A stretch of 64,000 nt of DNA from Mobula hypostoma (GCF_963921235.1 NC_086108.1:26724001-26788000); one strand, 5' to 3'. Positions 11,483-25,392 are shown, numbered from the stretch's first letter. Program-made: numbers and translations. The notes: generated from the sequence alone by a model not told the origin.

Positions 11483-14400
11483 AAGGCTCTCTTTATCCCC
11501 ACTCTTTGCCTTCTGCCAATCAGCTGCTGCTTTATCCACGCTCAAATTGTTCTTGTAATACCATAGGCTTGTAGCTTGTTAAGCACCCTCATGTGTGGCA
11601 ACTAGTCAAAGGCCTTCTGAAAATCCAACTACACAACCTCAACTGATTCTCCTTTGTCTATTCTGTTTGTTATTTCTTCAAAGAATTCAAACAGATTTGA
11701 CAGGATAGATCTTTCCTTGATGAAACTATGCTGTCTACAGCCTATTTTATCATGTGCCTCCAAGCAGTTCAAAACCACATCCTTAACAATCAACTCCAAT
11801 ATCTTCTCAACCGCTGATGTCAGACTAACTGGCCTATAATTTCCTTGAAGGGTGGAGTGAGATTTGCAATTTTCCAGTCTTCCAGAACAATACCAGAATC
11901 TAATGATTCTTGAAGGATCATCATGAATGCCCCCACAATCTTTTCGGCCACGTCTTTCAGAACCCTGGGGTGCACACCGTATGGTCCAGGTGACTTATCT
12001 ACCTTTAGAACTTTCAGTTTTCCAAGAATCTCCCTAGTGACGCTAACTTTGCAAACTTCATGACCCCTAACATCTGGAATGTCCACCATATTGTAGTGTC
12101 TTGCACAGTGAAGATTGTTGCAAAATGCCTTTTCAGTTCATCCATCATTTTGCTGTCCTCCATCACTACTTCTCCAGCATCATTTTCCTGCAGTCCGAAT
12201 TCCACTCTCACCTCTCTTTTACACTTTATGTCCCTGAAGATACTTTTGATCTCCTCTTTAGTATTATTGGCTGGATTACTTTTGTATTCCATCTTTACAT
12301 TCCTAAAGACTTTTTTAGTTGTCTTCTGTTGGTAATTAAAAACTTCCTAAACCTCTAATTTCCTACTAAATTTTGCTCTATTTTATCACCTTTTTTCGGC
12401 TTTTATGTTGGCTTTGACTTCTCCTATTAGCCTCAGTTGTATCATCTTGCCTTTAGAATACTTCTTCATCTTCAGGATGTGTATATCCTGTGCCTTCTCA
12501 ACTGATCCCAGTAATGACCTATAGACCAGAAAAATGTATGTTTGCTGCTGATGCATTGTCTCAAGCAGTCACCAAGAAAGGAAAGAGTGATAAAGAGTTT
12601 ATTGCTTATATACAGGCCTATGTCACCTCCATTCCAGTGTCTCCTGATAGAACAGAGGTTACGACAGCAGCAGGGACAGATGAAACAATGAAAGTACCCA
12701 AAGAGGCAGGACAGAAAGGATGCCCCCCCCAACTAATAATGACTGTCTAATGTATTCAGGATTATTAGGTATGAAGAGATGAACTGTCAGTAGTGGAGCT
12801 ATGGTCTTCCATCAGAACAGACTTGTGATTCCAGTGTCACTATGCAAGAAAATGCGCCAGAAGATACATTTGGTGAGGACAAATGTAAACGTGAGGCCCA
12901 TGAAATGATGTAGAATGACCAAGAATGTACCAGGGCATCTACTAGACCACTGCATCATATGAAATATGTCTTACCCTGAGACCAAAGCAGTGAGCAGAAC
13001 TGCTAACATCACACCCTGTACCAGGCAGGCTGCACTTCAAAGTTGGAGTGAATTCGTTTGCATGTAATGGAAAGAATGATATTGTTGTAATAGACTATTT
13101 TCCCAATTACCCAGAAGTTGCAATGTTGCAGTCAGCATTCAGCAAAGTGGTTATCACCTTTCTGAAAGGTGTGCTTGCGAGGCATGGAGCTCCATGTGAA
13201 GTGGCATCAGACAATGGTCCACAACTTGAATTTGAGTCTTTGCCAATGACTGGAGGGTTTTGACATATACCTTCAAGCCCACATCACTCAAAATCTAATG
13301 ACTTCGCAGAGAGTCTGGTCAAGATAGTGAAGGGTCTCATGAAGAAGGTGCAAGATAGAGGAGAGGACTTCCACAAAAGTCTGATAATTTACAGAAGTGC
13401 ACCACTGGAGAGTGGCCTTTCACCATCCCAAATGCTGACAGTTGATGTATACACACTAACCTTCCAGTGCACGAACATCTGATGACACCTAAAGAAGCAC
13501 ACAAGGTCAAAATGGCTAAAGAGAAAGTGAAAGAAAAACAGAAATAATTTCATGACTAGACTGCAGAAAGCTTACCAGTCCTAAAGCCTGGATATCAAGT
13601 GAAAATCTGAAATCATGATTCTGGCACATGGTCCATGCAAGGTAATAAGCAACATGGAGCGAGGAACACCTCTGAGAAGGAACTGGGTGTATCTATGACC
13701 ACCAGGTCCAACCCATATCTGTGACATGTCACCTGTCAGTACACCAAACTGGCTAGCACATGTGAAAAATTAACTTGTTGATCAGAGTTCTCAGAAAGAC
13801 ACTAATATTAATGCAGCAAAGGAAAGCAATACATCAGTGGAAACAAATAGCAGACCAAAAAAGATCCTCAAACCACCTCAGAGTCTGACTGAGAGTTCCT
13901 GAGTGAAAAGGGGGCTGTATTTGCTCATTACAATTGAAGTTAATGCAAATATTTTTGTTGGAAAACATTATTGTTTCTTGCAGGTTTATGAGTACATGGT
14001 TTTTCTTTGAAGGGGAAAGAAGTGTTATCATATGTGTACATAATAAAGAACTTCCAGTATGCAACGCAGCTGTTCACCTGGAACCAGAAGAAACGTTGAT
14101 GTGCTGGACGCATGCGCTTGTGTTGGGCTGGAGCCATTTTCTGTAAATAAATATGTTTTAGTGTTACCCAAGCTAATTTTGTCTTTTATCAAGAATGACC
14201 ATAACACAGCTAATGGGAGAAATGTAAGAGAAAATAAGTTGTAGGGACACAGAGTAATAAAGAGAGGGGGAATGGGATAGTTCAACGGAGAGCCAGAAAA
14301 ACAATAGAAGATTGAATGGTATGCTTTGCATTGTTGTAAGATTTTTCTGTTCCAGGCCTTTTTGTTTACTCCAGGTGCCTCTCTCAAAGGTGGGAAAGAT

Positions 14401-14819
14401 TGTCACAAAAGTAAAATTCAAAGCACTGGAGATTAGGCAGGAAGTGGCTGGTTAAACCAGTTAATTGAGTTGGAGAGCTACTTAAAGCAAGGTTGGGAGC
14501 CTTTAGTTTGTGAAGATATGGCTACAAAGTGGAAAGTTTGGTTAGGGTTAAAATGAGAACCACAGTAGGGAACCAAAGCGAGGACAGAGGAGAGGGTCAA
14601 ATCCATTACATTCTCCATTTCTTTCAAGGAAGCCAAGAAATCCCCTACAGATCCCACTCGCAGAGATTAAACTCTCCCTGTGCACAGGACAATGCTGGTA
14701 GGCAATCCAAGAACATCTCCCCAGGCAACCCTTGGGCTTTACTATTGTCCTGTCACTTCCTGCAGAGTACCTCTGGCCTTGTTAATCGATTAGTGAGCAA
14801 GCTTCTGAACATTTTTGAG

Positions 14820-15220
14820 GTTTTATTCATTGGAGTGCTGAGGAATAAGGGGGTGATATTATAAAGGTGTATAAAATCATGATGGGCTTATATAGGGTGA
14901 ACACACACTGTCTATTTCCCAGGGTTGTGAAATCAAGGAAGAGAGAGAAGAGGTTTAAGGTGAGAGAAGAGAGATGTAGTAGGATCTGACAGGTAACTTT
15001 TTTATACCTGGAGAGAGCTCCCGATATGGAAGAGCTGCCAGAGGAAATGGCTGAGGAATATACATTAACATTTAAAAGACACTTGGACAGGTGTTTGGAT
15101 AGGAAAGTTTTAGAGGGATATGTGTCAAATATGAGGAAATACATCTATCTTAAATGGAAACCTTGGTCAGTATCGACCAGTTGGGCTGAAGAGACTGTTT
15201 TCATAACTCACTGACTCATA
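14820..15220 (+). mobile_element. Old CR1 3' fragment
   Basis: Decayed RGD..KVYKIM and TFKRHLDR motifs. Confidence 0.7.
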
Positions 15221-15439
15221 ATAACACCTGCCTGTCATAAGTAATCCTTGGGACACTGAATAAATCACCATTAATAACCATGTTTCTTTCATAGTTCTTG
15301 GTTATTTGCCTTTAGTATTTCAGTGCAATGATGCAATGTTAGTCCATATTGTATCTATTTCAATTCAGCACATTATATGTTTGAAATGTATTCTTTGTTT
15401 TTGCACATGCCTCCACTCACAGACAAGTACTCCAGGCTT

Positions 15440-15610
15440 TGCAACCTGTGCCTTCCAGGCCAAACATTTGGGACGTTGGAGGGAACTGGAGTATCCGGAA
15501 GAAAACCATACAGTCACAGGTAGGAGGTGAAACCTCCTCACAGACAGCATCGGAGTCAAGGTTAAACCCTGTTCACTGGAGCTCTACCAGCTGCCTCACT
15601 GTGCTGCCTG
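15440..15610 (-). mobile_element. SINE fragment (V-SINE/HE1-like)
   Basis: Resembles the V-SINE body in reverse; related pieces at ~4150-4330, 62410-62820 and 63510-63655. Confidence 0.5.
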
Positions 15611-16699
15611 TTGTGGACTGTGAAATACACCACACCAGAAGAAACTCACCAGCTCCTCTCCAGTGCTGCTGCTTAGCAATGCTATTTAACAAAGAGATGG
15701 AGGAATGTCATCCTAACCTTAATGATTGGCACTGTAGCAGAGTTGCCATGGAAACCATCCAAAGGCTCTTGTTTGTTGAATTCGATGGACATGCTTTGCT
15801 GGAATGTGTAATAACATTCCAAAGCAGAATGTTCAGCCAGGAAATGAATGCCATTCTCCATCTGAAGTGTTGGACCCTCTCATTGGATCTGTTTACACAC
15901 CAGCTCACATCAATCTAGAACCTACTTTCTGCCTTTGATTATTGGCTGCTGCAGGGTTACCAGGTGTTAGTGTCATCTGAGTTGCTCTTTGCCACTTGCA
16001 TTTTTATGAGATCTCTCAGCCAGAACTATTATCACTGACTTGTTTCTGGGTTTGTTTGTGACTTGAGGCTGTGTCCGAAGTGTTATTATCATTACAGAAG
16101 ACTTCCGTATTTTGTGCTGTAATATGGAGATAGCAAAAAAATGACACAAGCTGCTCTGAACTTGGATATACATTGTGTTGTCTGCCTTTGTCTTGATGGG
16201 TGATTTTTAAATTAAGGTAACCTTTCTTCCCTGAGGTAGATTTTCAAGATAAAAATAGTTTTTACAAAAACAAGTACTGTAATTTTAAAACAACACACAC
16301 AAAATGCTGGAGGAACTCAGCAGCTGAGGCAGCATCTATGAATAAAAGTACAGTTGATGTTTGTGTCCTGTGTGTCCTGATAGTAAGCTTTGCCTAAAAA
16401 TAAGGAGCCATTTTGTCCAATATAGGTATGTTGTGTCAGCCAGTTGGGTTTATCTTGGAACGTATTGTAACTTTCTGCCCAGTGGGAAGCTATGGAAGAT
16501 TCAAGAGAGCTGGGAGGGACCAGATTTCCGAAGGGCAGTATTCTGGTCTGGTGCTTTTGGCAGGAGCTGCGAGTGGAGTACAAGGGAAGATGCACAGAGG
16601 ATCCCGTCAGAGGGTAGACCTTATTATAAGAAGTGCTTCATGCGGACAATTAGTTCAGAGGAGGAGGTGTCAATCCTCCTGAGATAGCCAGTTCACTTG

Positions 16700-19600
16700 T
16701 GTTACATGCTCAAGGAGATCTGTTTTTTTTGTGAGAATGATGGAATGGTCTTTTGGAGGTCACTTGATGTGGTTTTCCTGCCGATGTGAGGTCACGTGAT
16801 GACACGTCCTCCCCCCCCGCCCCCATGACTATATAAGTGTCGACTCAGGTGACACAGTAGGAGTTTTTGAGTTTGTAGATTTCCAGGTAGAACGTGTTGT
16901 GCCTCCATTTCTGTTGCGTGTTTGTTTTTGTGACGCAGTTTCATTTTTAAAACGGAACGTGCGTTCTCTTACAAGATGTGGTATTATTGGACTGGAAATT
17001 TGTGGCTGGAAGTGCCAATTTACTCAATTCCGACAGTTGAAGGGAGAGTGAAGAATTCAACGAAGGATCGAGAGAAGTCGGCTTCGTTTAGCAGTTTACT
17101 AAAGAATCGACCTTATTGAGTCTTCGTTGGAGAGAACCTGCATCGAGATAACTCTTGCTAAAGGGCAATAAGTTCATGCAAAAAGGTGCTCTCTCTCTCT
17201 AAAGGAATTTGAGGTCAGTCGATTTAAACTGTTTATTTTCGGCATCGGGAATCCTGTGGACAGAACCAGCAGTAAAGGTGCATCTGTGAAGAAACCTTTC
17301 TCCAGAGAAGTCTCTCCCAATTGAACGTATGAATCTGTTGGACTTTCAAAGTTATCACTTTAAGAACTATATCTGACTGTATCGCTTTAAGAACTGTTTT
17401 CGCATTTAACTCTTTAAGAACCAGAGCCGAGTGGATTTGCTGAACGGCTGCATACCTGTTAACTTCCGGTTAAAGTTTTCCTTTGTTTTTTTTCCTTCAA
17501 CGTTTATACGTGTTTAATAAATGTTTTGTTGTTTTTATATAACCTGTCTCCATTAATACTCATTGTTGCCAGTTAAGTAACATAATTTGTGGGGGTTCGG
17601 CCAGGAAATGTTCCGATTTTGAGCTTATGTGCTGGTAATTGCCATTTTGATTTGGGAAAGGGAATTATCCATTTTTTTTTTGGTTTGATTGGTGTGTGTG
17701 TTGTATTCGGCAATGATGAATATTGATGATTTTTTGAAGGTGCCTGACTCGGGATTTTTAGAGACTGCGAGAAAGCCTGTGGTATTGGAGATTGCTAAGA
17801 GTTTAGATATTAAAGGGATTACGAGAAATTCCACCAAGGCTTTCATACAAAGAAAAATTGCTGAACATTTGTTTGAATTTGTTTGATGCTGAGGTGTTAG
17901 ATAAGTTTCCACTGAATAATCTGGAAATGCAGTTGCATCTTGAACAGTTAAAGTTTGAAACATTTAAAGTGGAAATGGCCAAAAGAGAGGCTAATAAAAA
18001 AAGAGAGTATGAAGAAAGAGAACCCCTTAGAAAAAGGGAGTTTGCGGAAAGAGAAGCTGAAAACCAGAGGAAATTCGAGCTGGAGATGCAGAAATTAAAG
18101 TTCAAGAGTCAGTCTTCTGGTTCTACAAAACAGTTTATTGCTGGTTGTGAGGTTGTTTTGGCTCCTCCATTTAATGAAGCTGATGTGGACACATATTTTC
18201 AACATTTCGAAATAGTTGCTCTGAGTTTAAAGTGGCCGAAGGACCAATGGCCAGTGATGTTACAAAGTGTAATTAAAGGCAAGGCACAACAAGTTTATAC
18301 AGCTTTAAATGCTGAGCAAGCACTGGATTATGATATTGTTAAAGAGAATATATTAAAGGCATACAAGATGATTCCGGAAGCTTATAGAGAAAGATTTAGA
18401 AGTTTAAAGAAATCGGTGGAAATAACTTATATGTGGAATTTGCCTATGAGAAATCTGTGTGTTTTGAGAGATGGGTTTCCTCTAAAAATGTAAATGGGGA
18501 GTATAGTAAATTGAAATAGCTGATTTTTCAGGAGGAATTTAAAAGAAGCATTCTTGTTGAAGTGAGAACATACTTAAATGAACGGGACACTGCTACATTG
18601 CAGGAGATTGCTAAATTGGCTGATGAGTATGTTTTAATTCACAAGAATAAATTTTCTCCAGGTAAAATTTTTAAAAGGAAAACTAGCACAGAGAGTCAAG
18701 GTAAACCAGAAATTAAATCTGAAGTTGGTGAGAAAAGTAAGGATGAAGGGAGACATGTGAAGGAAAGACATTTTGGTATTATTTGTAATTATTGTAAGAA
18801 ACCTGGACATGTAGTCGCTAATTGCTTCTGATTGAAATGGAAAGAGAAAGAAGTGGCCCCAGATGCTTGTGTGCAACATATTGGAAAACCTGTAAAACCA
18901 CAGGGTTTATAAAATATTACTGAAGATGTGTCAGAGTCTGACCAAGTTAAGAAAGGATATGAAGCTTTTATAACAGAAGGATTTGTATCCTTGAAAGGAG
19001 GATCCAATGCAGTACCGATAAGGATACTTAGAGATACTAGAGCTTCACAATCACTAATATTAGATAGTGTGTTAAGGTTTAGTGATGAGTCTGACATTGG
19101 TGAGGTAAATTATATAAGAGGGGTAGGGAGTGCCCTTATGCCAGTACATTTACATAGGGTAAATTTAAGGTCAGGATTAGTTACAGGGGTTGTTAAAGTA
19201 GGACTACAATCCAGTTTACCTGTGAATGATGTTTCTCTTTTGTTAGGGAATGATTTAGCAGGTGGACAAGTTTTTCCTGAAGTGCGTTTGACAATAAATT
19301 CAAATTCTGAGGAACCACAGAGGGATTCTAACACAGATTCTTCCTGTGTTGTAACAAGAGCTATGGCTAAAAAGACTGATGTAAAGGATGAGGTGGTTAC
19401 CCATGACAGTTCAAATCAAGATTCGAATTTTGAGGATGTATCAGAAACTTTCTTGCCGACCTTATTTGATCAGGATTTCGGTGGTAAGTCTGATCAGGAA
19501 ACTTTGTCTCTATCTTGGAAGGAGATGATAGCAGAGCAGGGTAGGGATCCTGAGAGAGTTAAATTAAAAGAACAAGCTCTTCCAGATAGTGAAATTGGAA

Positions 19601-22002
19601 AAGTACCAGTTGGATATTATTTTGAAAAGGGAGTATTAATGAGAAAGTGGAGATCACCTACAATTCCTGCTCCTGAGGAATGGGAAGTTAATCATCAGGT
19701 TGTTGTTCCTAAAATTTACTAAAATGAGATTTTGACTATGATTCATAGTATTCCTTTGGGTGGTCATTTAGGGGTAAAGAAAACTATGAACAAAGTTTCT
19801 AAACATTTTTATTGGCCTAGTTTAAGACAAGATGTGGCAACATTTTGTAGAACATGTCATACATGTCAAATTGTTGGTAAACCTAATCAGGTTACTCCAG
19901 TGGCTCCACTGCAACCAATTCCTGTATTTGGTGAGCCGTTCTCAAAAATCATTGTAGACTGTGTAGGTCCTTTGCCAAAAACTAAAACTGGACATCAATA
20001 TTTATTAACTATTATGTGCACAGCATCTAGGTTTCCAGAGGCAGTACATCTTAGGAATATTACATCTAAAACTGTGACAAAAGCTCATAAAATTCTTCAC
20101 TTATTTTGGGCTGCCTAAGGAAATACAATCAGATCAAGGTAGTGATTTTATGTCTGGGTTGTTTCAGCAGATAGTTTATAAACTGGGAGCAAAGCAGATT
20201 ATTTCCTCAGCCTATCATCCAGAATCACAAGGAGCCTTGGAGAGATTTCATTCTACACTATAAACTATGATTAGGACATATTGTGTGGAAAATGAAAATG
20301 ACTGGGATGAAGGTACTACTTTTTGCATTAAGGGAGGCAGTGCAGGATTCATTAGGTTTTAGTCTTTTTGAACTTGTGTTTGGACATAAAGTTCGAGGAC
20401 CTTTGGCTTTGTTGAAGGACCAGTGGATTAATAAAGAAGTACACACTAGTTTGTTAGATTATGTTTCAAAATTTAAAGAGTGATTGTACAAAGCTTGTAG
20501 TTTGGCCAAGGAAAATTTAAAGTTAGCTCAAGAGAAGATAAAGACGTGTTATGATAAGGAAGCTAGGATGAGGTCATTTAAGCCTGGAGATAAGGTGTTG
20601 GTTCTCTTCCCAGTGCAAACGAACCCATTACAAGCAAAATTCCATAGTCCTTATGAGATTAAATCTAAGGTAAATGAATGAGGTGATTATGTGGTAAAAA
20701 CCCCATATAGTTGAAAGACAACACAGCTGTATCATATAAATATGATAAAACTGTATTATGAAAGAGAGGTTGCCACTGTAACTGTTAAGAAAAAGGGTTA
20801 AGGAAATTAAACTCCAATTTAATAATCCAGTTTAATGTTACAGGAGTGCAACATTTTGATCACTCATATTAGGGGTAAAGACAATGTGATCGCTGATTGC
20901 CTGTCTAGATGTTAAATGTACAATGAAAATTTGTTTTTTTTTGGAGTGATATTTCATCATTTGTAACACTCCTACTGTACAGTAGTTTGTAAAGAGCTGA
21001 AAGATAAGTTTGTATATATTGTGTGTTTTGTAAATTTAAGACCTTTGTATTTTTTTAATGTATAAATTGTTAAAATTTTCCTCTTTAAGAGACCAAAATT
21101 TTTTTTTTGGAGGGAGGTGTTACATGCTCAGGGAGATCTGTTTTTTTTTGTGAGAATGATGGAATGGTCTTTTGGAGGTCACCTGATGTGATTTTCCCGC
21201 CGATGTGAGGTCATGTGATGACATGTCCCCCCCGCCACCCCCGTGACTATATAAGCGTCGACTCAGGTGACGCAGTAGGAGTTTTTGAGTTTGTAGATTT
21301 CCAGGTAGAACGTATTGTGCCTCTGTTTCTGTTGCGTGTTTGTTTTTGTGATGCAGTTTCATTTTTAAAACAGAAGGTGCGTTCTCTTACAAGATGTGGT
21401 ATTATTGGACTGGAAATTTGTGGCTGGAAGTGCCAATTTACTCAATTCCGACAATTGAAGGAAGAGTGAAGAATTCATCGAAGGATCGAGAGAAGTCAGC
21501 ATCGTTTGGCACTTTAATAAAGAATCGACCTTATTGAGTCTTCATTGGAGAGAGCCTGCATTGAGATAACTCTTGCAAAAGGGCAATGAGTTCATGCAAA
21601 AAGGTGCTCTCTCTCTCTAAAGGAATTTAAGACCAGTCGATTTAAACTGTTTATTTTCGGCATCGGGAATCCTGTAGACAGAACCAGCAGTAAAGGTGCA
21701 TCTGTGAAGAAACCTTTCTCCAGAGAAGTCTCTCCCAATTGAATGTGTGAATCTGTTGGACTTTCAATGTTATCTCTTTAAGAACTATATCTGACTGTAT
21801 CGCTTTAAGAACTGTTTTCGCATTTAACGCCTTAAGAACCAGAGCTGAGTGGAGTTGGTGAACAACTGCGTACCTGTTAACCTCCAGTTAAAGTTTTCCT
21901 TTGTTTTTTTTTCCCTCAACGTTCATACATGTTTAATAAATGTTTGGTTGGTTTTGATAAAACCTGTCTCAATTAATATTCATTGTTGCCGGTTATGTAA
22001 CA
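16700..22002 (+). mobile_element. Gmr1-like Gypsy LTR retrotransposon, RT deleted
   Basis: LTRs TGTTACA...TAACA at 16700-17582 and 21118-22002; 4-bp TSD CTTG (16696-16699 and 22003-22006); tRNA-Pro-like PBS TGGGGGTTCGGCCAGGA; PPT GGAGGGAGG; gag with CCHC knuckle CNYCKKPGHVVANC, protease LRDTRASQ, integrase (H2C2 zinc finger, VDCVGPLP, SDQG, YHPESQG), then RNase H end (HIRGKDNVIADCLSR). Confidence 0.95.
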
Positions 22003-22517
22003 CTTGTAAAGGTCTTTGGGTGAAGTTCAGACTGTGGCTGGTGTCCTTAATGCAGAAGGTGGGTTCAGCATGTGAGTAATAGAAGCAAAACACCCAACTA
22101 CTTCAGAAACAAGCTAAATGCACATTTAGACTAGGTTAACTATAACGGGCCCTTTTCTTTTTGTTTGTGAACTGTGAGTTAAAGTTGAAACATTAATAAA
22201 TATACTTCCTTTGTAATTTTATGCCAGTGTATGATCTGTCATTTTCTGCTTTAACTGTGTACGGGGCAGTATTTACACAACATTCATTACAATCATTGAT
22301 CCCAGATTCCCTGTTTGGTTGAAACCAAATCATACCAACCTGGGATGTGTGTTGCCTATGGAAGGTGACCTCCTCACTGCTGAGTTACATGGCTGTTAGT
22401 AGAGTTAGCTAATAAGCTAAGTTTGTACATGAGCCCCAGCGAGATGGTTAAAAAAGTAATAATAATACAAATTTTAGTTCGTATTTTTTTTCACAAGAAC
22501 TTTTAAAAACATGTCAA

Positions 22518-24532
22518 CTTCTTTCTTTTTTAACCTTTTTATTAATTTTCAAATTCATAAACATAGCAACAATACTGGTACAAAGAGATTGGGATTACAT
22601 TACTGGTAATTAACATACGCGAACAAAAACTACAGATAATACAGGTATATTAGGCCTCCCAAACACTTAATATAATTAAACTTGATAAGAAGAAAAATGA
22701 AAAAATATCAAGAAAAAAAACAAATTAGAAAAGAAACTAAACTACACTGAACAAAAACTAAACTAAACTAAACAAAGCTGGGCTATTATATTACATTGAA
22801 TACAATCATTGATGTCATTAACTCCGCTCCTCTGTCCATATATTTTAGGTTAATAAAAAGGATTCAGAAAAAGTCAAGCTACATTATATGAAAGTGTTGA
22901 ATAAATGGCCTCCAAGTCTCTTCAAATATAAACGAAGGATCAAAAGTGACACCTCTGATTTTTTCCAAATTTAAACAGGATATAGTTTGGGAAAACCATT
23001 GAAATGTAGTAGGAGGATTGATCTCTTTCCAATTCAATAAAATGGATGTTCTAGCCATTAATGCAGCAAATGCAATCATCCCAACAGCTGAAAAGGATAA
23101 ATAACTATGTTCCATCATTGATAAACCAAAAATTGTGGTAATAGGATAAGGTTGTAAATCAATACCCAAAACTGTTGAAATAATATCAAAGGTATCTTAC
23201 CAAAATGTTTCCAAAAGAGGGCAAGACCAGAACATATGAGTCAAAGAAGCCACCTCAGAATGACATCTGTCACAAACAGGACTTATATGAGAGTAAAAAC
23301 GAGCTAGTTTACCTTTACACATGTCGGCCCTATGCACCACCTTAACTTGTATCAATGTATGTTTAGCACATATAGAGGAAAAGTTAACTCATTGAAAAAT
23401 TCTCTCCCATTTCTCTTTAGGTAAGTGAAGTTGAAGTTCCCTTTCCCATTCATTCTCAATTTTACCAGATATACCTGGCTGTATTTTCCCTGAGAAATCT
23501 ATTCTGGCAGTAATATCCCTGCTTGCTCACTTTAGTAACTTTTCTGGTTACAAAGTGAATCTTAATAAGAGTGAACTCTTCCCATTAAATATGCAGGTTC
23601 CTATTTATAGACGTTCAGCACTCAGATTGATTACTGACTATTTTACTTATCAGGGTGTTGGGACTACTAAGAAGCATAAGGATTTATTTAAGCTCAATTT
23701 TTTACCTTTCATTAATCAGGGTAAACAATTGTTTACTAAATAGTCCCCATTGTCTTTATCACTGATTGGCCAAATCAATGCTATTAAGATGATTATTCTA
23801 CCTAAATTTTTATATCTATTTCAAGCGGTACCAATTTTTATTTCTAAATCCTTTTTTGATACTGTTGATTCTAAGATTTCCTCATATATATGGCAGAATA
23901 AAAATCCTAGACTAAGTATAAAATACTTACAGAAGTCCAAAAAGGATGGTGGTTTGTCATTGCCGAATTTAAGATTTTATTACTGGGCAATTAATATTCA
24001 ATGTTTAATATTTTGGACACAAGATTAGGATATAATTCCAAGTCCACAATGGGTAAACCTTGAATGTAATTCTGTACAAGGGTTTTCATTGGTTTCTATT
24101 TTAGAGACTTCACTTCCTTTTGTTCTCTCTAAATTGAATAAACAAATGGTTAATCCAATAATTAAATATACATTACGAATATGGTTTCAATTTCGTAAAT
24201 TTTTTGGTTTGAACAAATTTATTTTATCAAGCCCTATTATATCTAATTTTTTTCCAACCCTCTGTTATGGATCAAGCCTTTTTGATATGGAAAATGAAGG
24301 GTATAATATGTTTACGTGATTTATTCTTGGATAACTGTTTTATGTCTTTTGAACAGCTGTCTAATAAATATAATTTGCCTAGATCCCATTTTTTTAGATA
24401 CAAATTAGAAACTTTTTAAATACTACGCTACCTACCTTTCCAACCTCATATCCAACTGATATCACGGAAAAAAAATTAGGTCTAAACCCTTATCAGAAGG
24501 GTTTAACGGCAATTATTTATGATATGATTATG
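22518..24532 (-). mobile_element. L1-clade LINE, 5'-truncated with 5' inversion
   Basis: 13-bp TSD AAAAACATGTCAA at 22505-22517 and 24533-24545; A-rich tail at the left end; minus segment ~22518-23488 (zinc knuckle, TWRPFI); plus segment ~23489-24532 (KVNLNKSE, LPKFLYLFQ, GGLSLPN). Confidence 0.92.
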
Positions 24533-25392
24533 AAAAACATGTCAAATTCATGTGGGTAAATTTTTTGTACAATTTATTCATTTTTTATGACAAAGAAACC
24601 GCTGTCCCCAACACTTCTGTCATTATCAACACACAACATATTTTAGAAACCGATCAAGTTTTTTCAGACAACTCCTTATGTGGTTGCCATGGAAATGAGT
24701 CATGGCAGAAGACTGACATTTTGATGTCCAGAAATGTGAGTAATTTAAAGAGTTATACTTCCTGATCTGAGAGTATATTTATTACGTGTCATTACCAAAT
24801 GAGTTATGATTTGAGTGTTTTAAATGAGAAATAAATAACTCATTTTATTTCTGACAGGTTGACTATCCAGTTGAGTTACCAAGTGCGAGATTTAGCCAAC
24901 TTCTTCTTTAAAAAATGAGAAATGCCATTACCATCACACAACTGGTTGTGAGGTAAAGACAGTGGTGGTACAGACAGCTCATTAGTTTATCAACCTTACT
25001 TCTATGAAAGTATAGTTATAAGATATAAGTATAATGTAAAATTACATTGATTTTAATTAAATTCAACAGTTCTCCACTTGAACAATATGGTTGAGTAGAC
25101 TCTAAAGTAAACTTATGTGTTTTTTTTCAAAAATTGTCAAGATGGCCCCAAAATCATCAGCAGACCAATCAAAAAAAAAATACAGAGACACAATTAAAGA
25201 AAACCCAGTGAAATATCAGCAGTTCTTTGAAAGAGAAGCTGTAAGATACAAAAAGAGAAGGAAGACAGGAAAAGTTAGATCAAAGAAAGAATAGGGCTGC
25301 TGATAAGGAAAAAAAAACAGGCAGTAAAATGTTTTATAGCAGGGAATACCACATCAGAATCTTCAGTAGGGTTGGCACGGCGCCGGCTGGGG

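Larger units (their letters stand above)
9630..12500 (-). mobile_element. Decayed CR1 LINE inserted in Gypsy RNase H
   Basis: Minus-strand LVRPHLEYCGQVW (9954-10184) and KSPGPYGVHPRVLK (11820-12089); Gypsy RNase H resumes at ~12510 (MTYRPEKCMFAADALSQ). Confidence 0.88.
4356..14206 (+). mobile_element. Decayed Ty3/Gypsy LTR retrotransposon with several nested insertions
   Basis: Diverged ~185 bp LTRs at 4356-4544 and 14023-14206; PBS-like TAGTGTCAGAGGTTGG after the 5' LTR; PPT AAGGGGAAAGAAG before the 3' LTR; gag ~7330-8000, protease FKLDTGAQV ~8090, RT ~8450-9200, RNase H (ADVSQYGLGAV, YAQIEKE) ~9300-9630, integrase (SDNGPQ) ~12500-13700. Confidence 0.9.

Noticed and set aside
16370..22390. 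Possible older LTR (~16370-16699 plus ~22007-22390) interrupted by the Gmr1 element
   Set aside because: No partner LTR or TSD identified; left unannotated.
24843..24957. Possible exon (TTTCTGACAG ... GAG/GTAAAG)
   Set aside because: Isolated, no recognisable product and no transcript evidence; could at most be a transposon UTR exon.
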